Assembly: GCF_028641065.1 (NCBI RefSeq)
Contig: NC_073380.1
Location: 35,030,001 to 35,094,000, forward strand
Source: Leucoraja erinacea
Taxonomy: Eukaryota
Direction: 5' to 3'
DNA: 64,000 bases
Positions within the stretch are counted from its first letter, which is position 1, and each line of letters begins with the position of its first letter. The translations under genes were made by a program, and so were the position numbers. The notes beneath the pieces are model-generated. The model was not told where the DNA came from and searched no databases. It saw nothing but the letters and a program-made list of their open reading frames with translations. This document shows, in pieces, positions 24,093 through 36,989 of this stretch.

Positions 24093-25733
24093 CTGTTGGG
24101 CAGACACTTGCTGCGAAGCGGCCTTGGGTGATGAATGCTGTGACTGTGCCCATGGCTGATGCTGATGAGGTGAAGGAGAAGTTTGATGATGCACCGTTGG
24201 ATGCTGTTTCACAGGTGGACAAGTTGGCAACTGAGGCTGAAAAGGCTGATTTGGGTGCTGTTGGCCAGACATAATGCGTTCTTGCATCACTTGATCTGCA
24301 TGATTCCCACTGGGTCCCAGTGCGCCGACTGGTCTTGGAAGACTCCCAATATCCCTTGGCACAGAAGGGTTCATGTACTGTGGTGTCTGCATGCTTCTGG
24401 GACCCATGCTCCTCTGTCCAAGTCCCATGGTACCTGGGGATTGATGTGGCTGTTGCGGCAGGGGCATGTTTGGATAGCTTCCAACTTCAAGCTGCATTCC
24501 AGCACTGCCTGGCCTAACCTGGGGTGGAGGGGTACCTGCTGGGTTATTTATAGCTTTCATGGGTGACATGGGAGATGGAGAAGCATATGTTCCCTGAGAC
24601 TGCGTTGGGTGCATAGTTTGTGCATTAATTTGGTTAAGTGGACCACTTGGATGTATAGGCTGCTGGTGCATTAATCCTTGGCTAGTTCCAGCTGGGAATC
24701 CCACTGTATTTGGATAGCGGGGTATTGCCTGATTCACAGATGGGTTATTATTAAGGCCTAGGTTTTGATTGATCCCTGTATTACTGTTAACTAATCCCTG
24801 ATTAATGTTACTATAAGGATATTGTGAATACTGCCCTGAGCTACTTACAGACTGTGAAGGTACTGCCTGGCTACGTGAAGTAAAATTTAAGTTTTGCTGC
24901 CTGCTACTGGCTTGCTGAGAAGGACTGGGGGAGAATCTAGGACTGTGAGCAATGGAATCTCCATGGAGAGTATTAGGCAGAGGGGGGTGGGGATGGTATT
25001 GCTGTGATGGAGTGTGACGTAAAGAAGGGCCCATGTTGGGGGTTTGCTGCGGCATGCGGGATAAGTGACCTGGCCCTGAAGTACCCATGAAAGGATTTCC
25101 CTGACTGAGGGCCTCTTGTGCCTGAGTGAATTGGTTCACCCGCTGTTGTTGAGACTGGTTGTGCTGTTGCAAAGAGTAATCACTACGTGTCAGGTAATTC
25201 CCCATCTGTTGCATATGCTGAGCATGCCCCTGAGGTGGTGGCTGTTGTTGCTGCTGTTGCTGGAAGGCAGGTCGGGTCTGGTCTGGCACCTGGACTGCAC
25301 GTGGTCCCCACATGGAGCTGCTGTCCACAAACTGCTGTCCACATCTTTCATTCTGCATAGCTGGGTATACACCCATCTGAGCTCCACTGTGAGGGACTGG
25401 TGGAACTGAGGGATTATGGTATTGTGAATGAGGCGATGCCATGCCATTCCCAGGAGTATTACCAATCATTCGGTTAGGCTGATCTACCAGATGAATTTTC
25501 TGTTGTTCAAACGGACCAAAATGATCATAATGAGTCAGCTTAGTTTGCGTCTGAGTAGGTGGGGGGTGATGGAGGGGAGACTGCATGGAGCCAAATCCTT
25601 GATCCATGGGTAGTTGTTGCCCAAGGGCATTCACTGGATTCTCTGAAAAACCACATTCGCCCAGACCTTCAAGCCCTTCACTGAAAATGTTCCCATCATC
25701 ACCAAACAAACTCAGCATACCAGGATCTGCCAT
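24093..25733 (-). CDS. CHD7: CHD7 first coding exon (exon 2), 547 codons of the Q/P-rich N-terminus; continues by splicing beyond the window
   Basis: Translation [28 protein letters not shown]...[11 protein letters not shown]...HSPRFSP...[15 protein letters not shown] matches the vertebrate CHD7 N-terminus as I recall it. Kozak-like GAAGATGG start. Phase-0 donor CAG|GTGAGT (plus strand actcac 24087-24092); the last 11 aa of the ORF-track entry are intronic read-through. Confidence 0.97.
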
Positions 25734-25920
25734 CTTCCTCGAGTCAGTAGCTCTCCTACTGGCAAAAAAAGTGTACTATTCTCTGTTTCACCTCACTCGC
25801 TTCCCTTCGAGGTGTAAGTCTTGAAATCCTTAAATCCTATGTCTAATCTCCTGCATGTCACTCCATATTTCCTTAATTCTTTTGGGCAATTCAGTGTCAG
25901 GCAAAGTCTGGATAGAGGTC
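25734..25920 (-). other. CHD7: 5'UTR part of CHD7 exon 2 (187 nt)
   Basis: Acceptor ttttattttcattttctccctag|GACCTCTATCCAGACTTTGCCTGACACTG (AG at 25922-25921) with a long polypyrimidine tract; resembles the start of human exon 2 as recalled. Confidence 0.88.
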
Positions 25921-28179
25921 CTAGGGAGAAAATGAAAATAAAATAAAATTGGGGGACAAATGGAATGAATAACGTGATACAAACATAGACAATCATTAAG
26001 GCAGCGTTTAAAATGATCCTTTCCTCAGTATGGCCTGACATAAAGCAGCACTAAAAATGAAAAACTTTCTAAAATGATAACTAGAGTACCAAGCAGCTTT
26101 CATTCTTTTGCTTACAAACTCCCAGGCTCATACTACACAATATATTATTCAAAGCCAATGAAAACTCTAACCTGGCCCATTAATTAATTCTTCATTATAC
26201 TCAGTTCTACATTCTTGGTTGCAAAACAACAAAAGAACAGAAATTGCAGCAACAGCAGCTGCCACCACACCAGGCAAGCAGCTGTATGAATACAGCAGAG
26301 GCCTCCATCTGCTACAGTAATGCCTACAAAATGTCCCAACCTCTTCCAGTGTCTTTAACCTTATCGTCCCCAAGAGCAACATGTTCAGATATTCAAGCAG
26401 AACTATAGGTGATAACATTCAATTTCTCTACAGTAATACACTTTTGATAAATGTTTAAAGAATATATGCCATACGTATAAAAGCGGGGACAGCATTTATC
26501 CATAATCCACACCAAGTTTAGAATGCTAACCACACCAAAATATTTATCTAAATTAATCCTTGGTTAAATTCTTATACTTAGTTGTAATTGAGTTTATTTA
26601 AACACAACTGCTGCTAACACCACAAATAGATTTAGCATATTTCATTTGTAGACATTTGACAGGAATACCTGAAGTTATACAAGTATAAGAAACAAGCAAT
26701 TTTGCCTTTCCATACAAACAATTTAATAACTATTCAATACAATGCATTTACAAATTCCAGGCCATATTTTTGAAGTGATCCTGACAAAGGAAGCACAGCC
26801 ACAGGGTTCATCACTCACCTCGAGGCAAACAGATTACCAGTGATGTAACAAGCTCCATTTGTGACTAAGTGCAAGCGTACTCCATCTGGAGTCTCTAGCC
26901 GATTATTCTTTAACTACTACTTTACCATTCAGATGAATGCAAACAGGATGTAAACAGGTTAAATTAGTGAATGCTAACCTCCATGGAGTCAGAACTATAA
27001 CTGTCCACGCTGAACTAGCATGAATTGAAAACAGTGTTCGAATTACTCTTAGTTGTGTTTTAACAAAACATTCACAGCCTCATAGCCTTCAATGGATCTC
27101 AAATAAACAATTTCTTGAGCAGAACCAAATATTTATTCTACACTTCACTAATTATTATCACCCCCCCCCCCCCTTAAAAAAAAAGGAGTTGAATAACACA
27201 CTGGTTTTCTACTTTACCAATAGTTTGAACAAATAGCAATCTTTCAATTTGACACTGTACATTGCTCAACATCATTTCAGAATATTCTGGTCCTCTCTGA
27301 CATTCACAAGTACAATTACACAGCATGAAACAAAACAGCTTCAGAACCATCTGCCCCCACTGACCCATTTCTTTATATTCAAGTGCAATTATCCTTAATC
27401 ACATACTGAAGTGGAATGCCGACGCATAAAAAAAAATGAGCACAAATCTGGAAAATACACATTTTTGGAACACTCCAATTAAAAGGGGAAGAATTAACTA
27501 AAAAACAAAAAGTCTTTCAACTTATTATTTAGCCACCAACCTAATTACAATGTATTTTAATATGTCAGTGCAATACATGAAGTGGATAGAGGGAAGGGTG
27601 GAATAAATATTGAGGCAATTTAACTACCAATATTCTAGTGACAGCACTGACCAAGTGATCTCTAGGCAATTATATTTGCTTAAACCAGAGACTAAATTTC
27701 CAGGGCACCAAGGGGTGGATCCCAACATCTACAGGCTGAGGAATAGGGGAAATATCCACAATTGACAATTAATATTTTTTCCAAGTTTGTGCAACAGATA
27801 AACCAATCCTTTCAGTGCACCAACAGGATGTTTCAAGGAGTTTTAATTTATGCAAAAGGGCCATTCCACTATCTCATGGGGCCAAACTCAAATAAGCTTC
27901 CCTTAAACTCATCAACACATTCCACTTTATTTCCTCTCAAAGTGCCAACTGCAGTTGAAAATAAATTATCTGCTTACTTTCCCGAAGAATACAGCTTACG
28001 TGACAGAGCGTTACTTATCCGCCACGAATAAATGGCAGTACAAAGACCAGCTGAGTGCCAAATGACACAGGTGGACAAAGGTCATCACAGTAAACTGGCT
28101 TTGCATTCGCCTGGCTTATGAGCATATGGCAGCCTCTTTCTGGCCAGTTATGTTATAACAGATCAAAAAACAAGTTTAA

Positions 28180-29537
28180 TCTATCTATCTCTATATTGCT
28201 AAAACTCTCATCTTGTATCTAGTCTCTAGATTACTAACACTCTCATCTTGTTTGTGTGACCGCTTGTTTGCCTTGTGTGTATTTGTGGGGGGGGGGGGGG
28301 GGGGGGGGGGGGGGGAGAAAGGAGGAGGTTATGGAGGGGAGATGTGAATAGAGGGGAAAGGGGGATATGGAGGGGAGAGGAGTTAGAGGGAGGGATGGGA
28401 CTAAGAGTAGGGGAAAGGAAAGTAAGGGAGAGGTGAGGGAGGGAGTGGGGGAGGGGATGAGGACAGGGGAAAGAAGAGGAGAGGGAGTTCTGGGGGTTGA
28501 GTGGGAATGGAGGATAGGGATAGGAATAAGGATGGCGAGGTGCTGTTGGGGGAGGGTTGCCGTGATGACGAGGCGCAGTTGGGGGACTCATGGCACAATG
28601 GGGATTTCTGGCGTCACAACGGGAACCCACCAACCGCGCAGTTGGGGGCTCTGGATGAGTGGTGGAATATTGCGTTGGGGAACAGGACCCAACGGGTCCC
28701 ATTTGATCTTATATCTCTATACTTATCAAACTGATTGTGTCCGTGACTGTCTGTATCTGTGATGTTCGTGTGCGTTTCACATCTCCTCGAAAACACGACA
28801 CGCTAACGGTGAAATATTTACATGTTCTGATGGATTTACCCCGTGATGTCAACCCCGTGATACGATTTACCCCGTGATGTCGCCTTACATGAAAATGTCA
28901 TGCATTATTTCTCGAGCTATTTATGAAAATATTCACAAATCTCAAATAACATAGAAAATAAATGAGATGGTCTCGCTGTTGACGTCACAATGGATCTGAC
29001 TACCTGCCTCTGCTCGCGCTGCGAGTGACGTCACCTCTGTTCTATCTTCTGTACTTCTTGGCTTAATTTTCACTTCTTGAAATTTGTCACTTAGCGTTTT
29101 TAAACTGCTGCTCAGGTCGTGTTGTGCGCTCCGCTGTGCTCCTTGAAGTTCTAGAACATGATGGCAGTCATTATCGGCACGCGGGCGCGGGCCAGCGCGG
29201 TGGGAAGGTGACCTGCGATTCCTCCGTCGATCGCAGGGACTCGGGGAATCGTGAAGCCTTTTCCTCGCTGGTGATCCCGATCCCACCTGGCGATCTCTGG
29301 ATGTCACAGGGTGTGACCTCCTCTCCGTCTCGATCGTCTGTCACGCGGGTGGGTGGGCTTCCCCTCGCGAAAGCCACGATCGGCCGGCCCTCCGCTGCTT
29401 ATGACCGTCCTTAGATTGCTCCAGACCTCGCTCTAGTCCACGCCAGCCGCAGCCTCGCTCGGGCCGGGCATCTGGTGGGGAGGGTGCTGCTCTACGACCT
29501 AGGTAGGTGCTGCGTCTACCCACTCCCACACTCTTTC

Positions 29538-29571
<34 letters not shown>

Positions 29572-30300
29572 TCTAGGGGAGAGGTGAATATTGGGACCTA
29601 TGGGGGAATGGTGTATCCGTGCGTGTTCGGGNNNNNNNNNNNNNNNNNNNNNNNNNNNNNNNNNNNNNNNNNNNNNNNNNNNNNNNNNNNNNNNNNNNNN
29701 NNNNNNNNNNNNNNNNNNNNNNNNNNNNNNNNNNNNNNNNNNNNNNNNNNNNNNNNNNNNNNNNNCCCCACCGCAACTGTGCGTTGCGAGGACTTGGTCT
29801 AGTATATTACTATAAAATCTCATCTTGTTTGCGTTTCTATGTGCGTGTATCCGTGCGTGATCATGGAACTACGCCAAAACAGTACAAGATAGTGCTACAA
29901 TGTTTGCACCACCTTACTCACAATTGTCCTGCGGTGTCTCAAGTTTCATTCAGATTGATGTTATATTTTATAAGTTATTCACATTTTTTAATTTACAAAA
30001 TCCTAATTTGAGAAAGATTTCTTCCCTGTGCACTGGCAATTACAATTATGACTTCACAATGGGATTGTAGCCATCGTCGCTACAATGTTGCTATCCCAGG
30101 ACACCGAGTCCTGCCAGCCCTAGCAAGCATTTTAAAAAAGCGTTTAAAATGAGAGAGGGTGAATAAAGGGAAATGAGTTGCCCCTGTGCAGTTGGGTGCT
30201 ATGGGTGAATGGTGGAATATTGCATTGGGGGGGGGAAGGGTTGCATTGGGGGACCAGGTCTCCCGTGTGACAGGGACCCAACGCGTCCCACTTGGTCTAG
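28180..30300 (+). mobile_element. Tandem non-autonomous Helitron-like units (at least 3)
   Basis: 5' TC(T)ATATT(G/A)CTAAAACTCTCATCTTG starts; 3' hairpin GGGACCCAACG(G/C)GTCCC (28685-28699, 30273-30289) followed by CTAG (29799-29802, 30297-30300); flanked by A and T. Confidence 0.75.
29632..29765. other. Assembly gap
   Basis: Run of N. Confidence 1.
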
Positions 30301-31589
30301 TCTACCTTAAAACTCAACTGGATACTGGGATGCCTTTTTGACCGTTAATTGTATATAAAATGCAGCGATTACATTGTGGAATTTACACAACTACATTCTC
30401 TTCATCATCCCCAAGTCCCCTCTTATTACTCAACTAATCCTGGGCCTCAGCTTCTATCACAAGGTAAAGCATTCAACAAGTTCAGACAATGGAGCTTTCT
30501 TGGAAATCTCAATCCTTCCCATTTTCTGCCTGATGCCTACCAGAAATATTCAAGTACTAAAACATATGCAGCCTTGGCTCAACATTAAAACTCACTCACC
30601 CACTTCAACATTAAATGATATTTATGACATTTCTTGTCCTTGAACCAACCCAATAAAACCAAATGGAAACTACACACAGCCCATTAATAGACAAAAATAT
30701 CAGTACCCGTAACAAACGGTAGTCAACATTCATGTCGCCGAGAATTTTTTTTTTCTCTTAAATCATATTGAAAACTTACTTTCAATGTCATCAACAGTTT
30801 CATATGAAAAGTATATTCTAGAAGCTTCAAGCTTAAAATATTGTAAATGTCAAATTCATATAAATCTATCAAAGACGATGACAAATCACATGATACCCAA
30901 TGTTCATATTACAAACTATTACATGAATATATACTCACGTAGAATGCTTTTTTAAACATTTCCAAAATGAGCTGTGTAAATCTTGTGCCGAAGAAACTCA
31001 GTAGGTTAGGCAACTGATGCTATCTGACCCACTGAATTCCTCCAGAACTTTGTGTATTGCTCAAGACTAGCATCTGCAGTTCATGTATCACCTTGTCAAA
31101 ATTTGTGGGAAAATAAGCCAACAAACAGTATGCAATTTCAGGAACCAAAACGGAACAATGTTAAGTTACCACAATGATGCATTTGGCTTAAATTCTGCAG
31201 AAAATAGAATATTTACATTTGACATTTGCCAGTTTGATCAACCTTTTTTGTTCACACACTCAAATCAAGTTAGCGAATAGGTTAACAGATTAACATTTTT
31301 AAACTCAAATTAAATATTTTCAGTGCAATGATTCATCACAATTGAAATGCAACCAATTAAAAAAAAATCTGGATCTATTTCTTAAAACTGAAAAAAAAAA
31401 ATGCATACAATTTTAATTGAATACACCGCTGACACCAAATTCCCCCCCCAAAAAAAGGTGGGGAGTTCTTTTGCAAGTACAGCTAAATATGAAAAGCCAA
31501 CATCAATTTATTAACTGATGACCGAAGCCTATAACTTCAAATTCATTATTTCTTGTCATTTAATGTCACGTTCTTCTTTTCTGAGTGTA

Positions 31590-31730
31590 GATATAAAGCC
31601 TGGAAATGGGCTCTTTGACCCACCGAGTACACGCCAATCATCAATCATCTGTATCTAGTTCTACATTATTCAATTTTCGCATCCTACACATCAGGGGAAA
31701 TGTACAGGTCAATTTCCCTACAAACCCCCT
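31590..31730 (-). mobile_element. Decayed HE1-like SINE tail
   Basis: GGAAATGGGCTCTTTGACCCACCGAGT...CCTACAAACC. Confidence 0.55.
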
Positions 31731-32199
31731 CTCATCATACTGATATGGCCTTATGCCATTCAGCATCCAGGCAAAGCAATGTTTAAAAAAAAAAACACAA
31801 TTCCTTCCTTAAACTGTGACGTTACATGCAATTTTTCCAGTAGTCAAATCAAGATCTTTAGAACAGTGGTGACTGGTAATGTTCTCACCAACTTCTTTTA
31901 AAATGCAAGGGTAGAAACCAACGGGCCTTGGGGATTTGTCCTTTTTTTGCACCAACATAGCTTTGCCCCTTATTCAGAAGTAGATTCTATGAGCTACCAG
32001 TCATTCTTTACTATTGAAAACACAGGTGTTTAATATGTCTGCCATTTTACTATTTATCTATTCTTGAGTATAGAAGGAAAAAGAAAGCAATGGAAATACA
32101 TCATATAGCCCACCATCTGTCATCAGGTGTTTATTTAGGCCTATAATTAAAGATGAAATGACTGAATGCCTTTAAGTAGTCTCAACTAAACAAAGACGC

Positions 32200-33600
32200 C
32201 CAGAGTAGATTTGGAGAGGATAGGGCATGCATAAAAACTAATTAATTTTTTTAGAACTGTGTAAAGTGCTAGACAGCGGCAGAACAACAAATGTTTATGG
32301 AACTTAAAAGGAATTCCGAAGGACATTAGATACGTTCTTTATCAACGAGTCAACTTATTTAACGTACCATCATTAAGTCCTTTTAACGATGGTACGTTAT
32401 TGCCTTGTTTAGGAAATTAGCTGAATAACAGGAGGAAGAATAAAGATAACAGGCAGCAACTCAAGATATCAGAATATGACACATGGGTGGCTTGCAAGAA
32501 TTTGCCTTGCTCTCTCAAATTCTGACTAGTTATAAACAAGATAGGCACTGTGGAACTCTATGCTTCCTAAGAGAGAAATCGGGAGATTTGATATTTATGA
32601 ACATAGATTAAAATGTCATGGACAGGTACAAAGGAAAAGGGCAGTGATGATAAGTTATACAATGCAAAACCTAGGTTTAATGATTCATTCGAGTGACCAC
32701 ACCAGATGATACAATTTGCCTTGGAAAGTATACAATATAGATTTATCAGACACCTGGACTCTTGGGAGTTAAATTATGAGGAGATTAAAAAGATTATTGC
32801 TTAATATCCAGGTATTAAGAGAAACTGCCGATGAAAAGACAACATGCCCTTGGGGCAAGTGTGAAACTCCGAAATACTTATTGAAAGGAAATTTATACAT
32901 GGTCAATTATTAAATGTAATAATGAGGTTGGAAGGTTGGCTATAGTTTTACAAATTTCTGATTAGGATTATCTAGATCAGCATTCAGACAAAATTAGAGG
33001 TAGTCGATTTAGAGGTGATGCTAGGAACAGCTCTTCACAACAGTAGTAGAATAAATCAAACATTCTCTCCAGGTTGCCACAAATGTATAATCTCACACTT
33101 AGTAACTTTGGTGGAAAAGATTCATGTAAAGGGCCTGTCCCACTTTCCCAAAATGCTCACAAATTCTCCTGAGTTTTCCCCTTGATTCAAACTCAGAGAA
33201 TGTTCATAAGGGGTCCGTAGATATATTGCAGCGGCTCGTTATGTCAGCCGTAGATAGCCGGGGCATTAAATGTCGCAATTATTCTCCTCCCGACTATCTT
33301 TTTACTCGTGGACATTTTTTGTCATGCTCGAAAAAATGTCCCAACTTACCCGATGCCCCGAGTACATATGGCTGACATAACCAGCCGCTACGATATATCT
33401 ACGGACTCCTACCGACCCGTTACGAACATTCTCCAAGTTTGAATCAAGGGGAAAACTCAGGAGAATTTGTAAGCAGCCCAGGAAAGTGGGACAGGCCCTT
33501 AAGTATTATGGAACCATGGCAGATAGAATGGAGAGATTAGCTACAATCCAATTGGACAGCAGAGTAGTCATGGGACCAACTGATTAGGAACTGAGGGGGA
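32200..33600 (+). mobile_element. Very old CR1-like remnants
   Basis: Degenerate CR1 RT/3' phrases (CCTTGGAAAGTATACAATATAGATTTATCAGA, TTATGAGGAGATTA). Confidence 0.45.
33130..33499. mobile_element. PIF/Harbinger-like MITE
   Basis: TIR AGGGCCTGTCCCACTTTCC, ~140-bp imperfect inverted arms, TAA TSD (33127-33129, 33500-33502). Confidence 0.85.
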
Positions 33601-35577
33601 ATGACTAGGTTGATAAGTTTAGAGATAACTGTAGATTGATGATGCATGTGAACCAATCACACACAAGCCAGCATCACTAACTCCACCCCACTATAACACT
33701 TATACTAACACTCATTCCCGGAACTGCCAGTTAGGGCAGTTAGGATGCACTGACAACCTGTTGTCCTCAATGCTGTTAAGTTTCTAGTGCTCATTAAAGA
33801 TGCGTTTAAATCACACACTGTCTCTGGCACTTGTTTACATGGTGACAATCCTGAACAAGCCTCTCCATGCCGCGCCAGTTCGCTTGCAGCACATGATGCT
33901 GCAGCGGTACGACTTCACCATTACCTACACAAAGGGCAAGGACATGCATGTCGCTGACACTCTCTCTCATGCACCTCGGGCATCTTGCGAACAACACCCC
34001 CATGAACAGGAAGATTTCACGGTCCTCGGTGTCGACCTCGTCCCCATTAAGCAACTGCACACCCTGGCCGCGCACACTACGACTGACGATATGCTTCAAA
34101 CCCTCTCGTCCATCATCAAAACAGGCTGGCCAGACAAACAATCGGACATGCCCACAGAGGTACAGCCGTTCTTCCTGGTACGTGATGAACTGGTGGTTCA
34201 GAATGGTGTTGTGGTCAAGGGTCACAAGGTGGTGATACCCTCATCGCTACGAGACGAATACTTCAAAGAGGCACACAGCGGTCAACCAGGAGCCGACTCC
34301 ACACTGGCACGCGCTCGTGGTCTGTTCTACTGGCCGGGGATGGCCAAGCACATCCGGGACCGCATAGCCTCCCGCCCCACTTGCAACAACCTTGCGCCTC
34401 ATCAGCAGCGGCAGCCCCTTCTGCAACAACCGCCACCAGCACTGCCCTGGACGTCTCTGGCGGCAGACATTTTCGAATGGTGCGGAAAGCACTACCTTGT
34501 TCTGATCGATTCCTATTCTAACTGGTTTGAACTAGCCCAACTGAGCTCCCTCACGTCTGAGTTGGTCATCAAGCTGAAAAAGCACTTCTCCACCTATGGC
34601 ATTCCTGTCTGCCTGAGAACCGACAACGGGCGGCAGCTCACCAGCCATATGTTCAAGCTTTTCGCAGACCGATGGAACTTCCAGCACGTCACGAGTAGTC
34701 CCGAGTATCCACAGAGTAATGGACTCGCTGAACGCACTGTCAGAAGTGCCAAGCACTTGCTGGATGGAGCGCGCATTTCAAAGTCGGACGTCTACCTCCA
34801 TCTCATCACTCTCCTGAATCTCAGGCAGGCGCGGGCACACCATTGTGTCAAGGGAGATGCTAAAAATGCATTTCCTCTGGACGTACACTGCCGTCAATTA
34901 ATTGAATCATTTCATTTCATTTTTTCCTGAATCTCAGAAACATTGCCAGAGACGGTACCCTGGGATCGCCGTCACAGCGCCTAATGTTGAGATTGACGAG
35001 GTCTCCAGTCCCCACCGCACAACAGCAGCTGGTTCCTCGGGTGTCGAAGCCTGCCACTATCCAGAAACGTCTCCAAGAGAAGCATGACATCCAGAAACGG
35101 TCATACGACAGTTCCAGCAGACCAATCAAGCCTCTACTTCCGGGCCAGGTCGTCCGTCTACGAGCTTCGACTGGACATTCCCGTCTGGGCAATGTTGTCA
35201 GCCCGACTGACGAGCCACGATCCTACATGGTGGACTCTGAGGGAGCGGTTTACCAGAGAAGTCGACAACACCTGCTTGCTGTGAGGGAGCCCCGGCCACT
35301 GCCTGCTGGCTCCTATGCTCAGCCGTTCCAGCTGCCTTCTGCGATGTCTCCTACCCGTGCCCGCATGCCTTACACCCCTCCTCGTCCCATGGTCTCCACT
35401 AACCACGGGGCCTCACCTACCGCATGTTTCCCCTTTCGGTCCCCACAAACCTCTCCCGCGCCATTCTCGCCTCCTGGCTCTCCATCCCATCTTTCAGGAG
35501 AGGGAGGGGAGGGTTCGGTCCGCACGCGCTCGGGCCGTGTTAGCAGACCACCAGACAGATATGGCGAGTATGTTTAA
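33590..35577 (+). mobile_element. Gypsy (Mag-like) LTR retrotransposon remnant: LTR, PBS, integrase
   Basis: LTR with ATTAAA ending ACA (33839), PBS-like TGGTGACA; then RLQ.MML..YDFTITY.KGK.M.VADTLS, FYWPGM, AADIF, IDSYS, TDNG, PQSNGLAER, TRSGRVSRPPDRY*. LTR 5' edge approximate; no 3' LTR seen. Confidence 0.9.
34825..34924 (+). mobile_element. 100-bp retroposon 3' end inserted in the integrase
   Basis: 13-bp TSD TCCTGAATCTCAG (34812-34824, 34925-34937); (CATTT)n tail. Confidence 0.8.
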
Positions 35578-36989
35578 CTCCATGTAAACATACTCGCCAT
35601 TCAAGTTTTGTATGTAAACATACCAAACCATTCAAGTTTTCTTCAAAACCATTTGCCAGTTATTTTCTTCAGTTGTGGCATCGTGATGTGGGGACTCACG
35701 ACTCTCCTTCATTAAGTTTCTAAAAACTGCTGCAACCTTGATAGAGCATCCTAAAAGATTTCCCCCAAAATCATGTTATGCAGATAGTAAGCTAAATGCT
35801 TAAGAAACAATCCCCTCCTGCAACACAAACTAATGGGAACTTATCAGTTTAAATGTGTGTTTAAGCAGGTAGGCTCAAAATAGATTTTGAAATCTGCAGA
35901 CATGACAAATAGAAGCAGGGAGCTCAATGCAGGCCAATAGACGATGAAATAGTATTTTAGGTAGTATCAGGTATGCAACGGGTGCAACAGCAGAGTTTAG
36001 ATTGGTGCACAGGGAAATGCTGATCAAGTACATCTGACTGATCAGCTGAAGCTGCTTCAACCAATTCTATTGGCAAGACAACCATGCTTTCACAAAAATT
36101 CTAATAACCCGTTCCCAATTATTGTAATTTATGGGGTTGCAGATGTCACTGGAAAAGGTAACATTTATAACTAATTCCAAAATTTCCTCAGTGATTTGAC
36201 AGGCCTTTTTAATTAAGTGTTCACCATATTTATTTTTCTGGAGTCAGAGATCAAGGACAAAATTTCCTTCCCAAAAATATGGAATTCAATCAATCTGCAA
36301 AGGGTTCAATTTATCTTTATGCTGTGGAGCTTGCTTTTCAACATGGGTGAAAGCACTGGCTGTTGCCTGTTTTTCCAGCTAAGACCACTAACTGCTCTAG
36401 ACACCTTATAGAAAATGCTCCATTTTGTTATCCTTCCTAAAAAGAAATATTTCGAAGATAACAATGGTCACTAGCTTTTTGTTCCAATTTAACTCCCCCC
36501 CACCACACCAAAGGATGGGATTTAAACAGTTTCCAGACCACTAGTCCTGGTCTTAATTAACTAGCTCACTAACTTAAATACTACAATAAGAAATTACTTA
36601 TTATTTGGTGAGGAAGATAAGTGCATTGTGATAGGTTAATAATTTAATTTTACACAATTTGCAAGAAATGGCAAATTTGAAGTTTTAGAGAAATCACGTT
36701 TTAAACATCTTTTGTTCCTTCTACATCAAGATGATTGTAATGCAGAAACTGAAGATGGCAACATTTAATATTAACTGACATATCAATTTGACATGTAATT
36801 CACCAAGTTATAAAACAACCAAATTTCTGATGTACTATCAGATATTGACTTTGTTTTAATACTTGTTCTGATCCACGTACAGAAATTGGAATGAACTTTG
36901 CAGGCAGGCTAGTTTGATACTGCTAATTTTTGCAGATGATAGCATCAGGCATTGTCACAGAATAAACAAACCTTGCAAGTTGCACAGGG

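Noticed and set aside
25793-26041. 82-aa hydrophobic ORF upstream of CHD7
   Set aside because: Spans the intron 1 polypyrimidine tract and acceptor; hydrophobicity reflects T-richness.
29110-29530. CpG island as an internal promoter
   Set aside because: Lies within the Helitron-like array; other CpG-rich patches (1.2-1.6, 15.3-15.7, 18.0-18.3, 38.0-38.4, 61.4-61.8 kb) are also inside young TEs.
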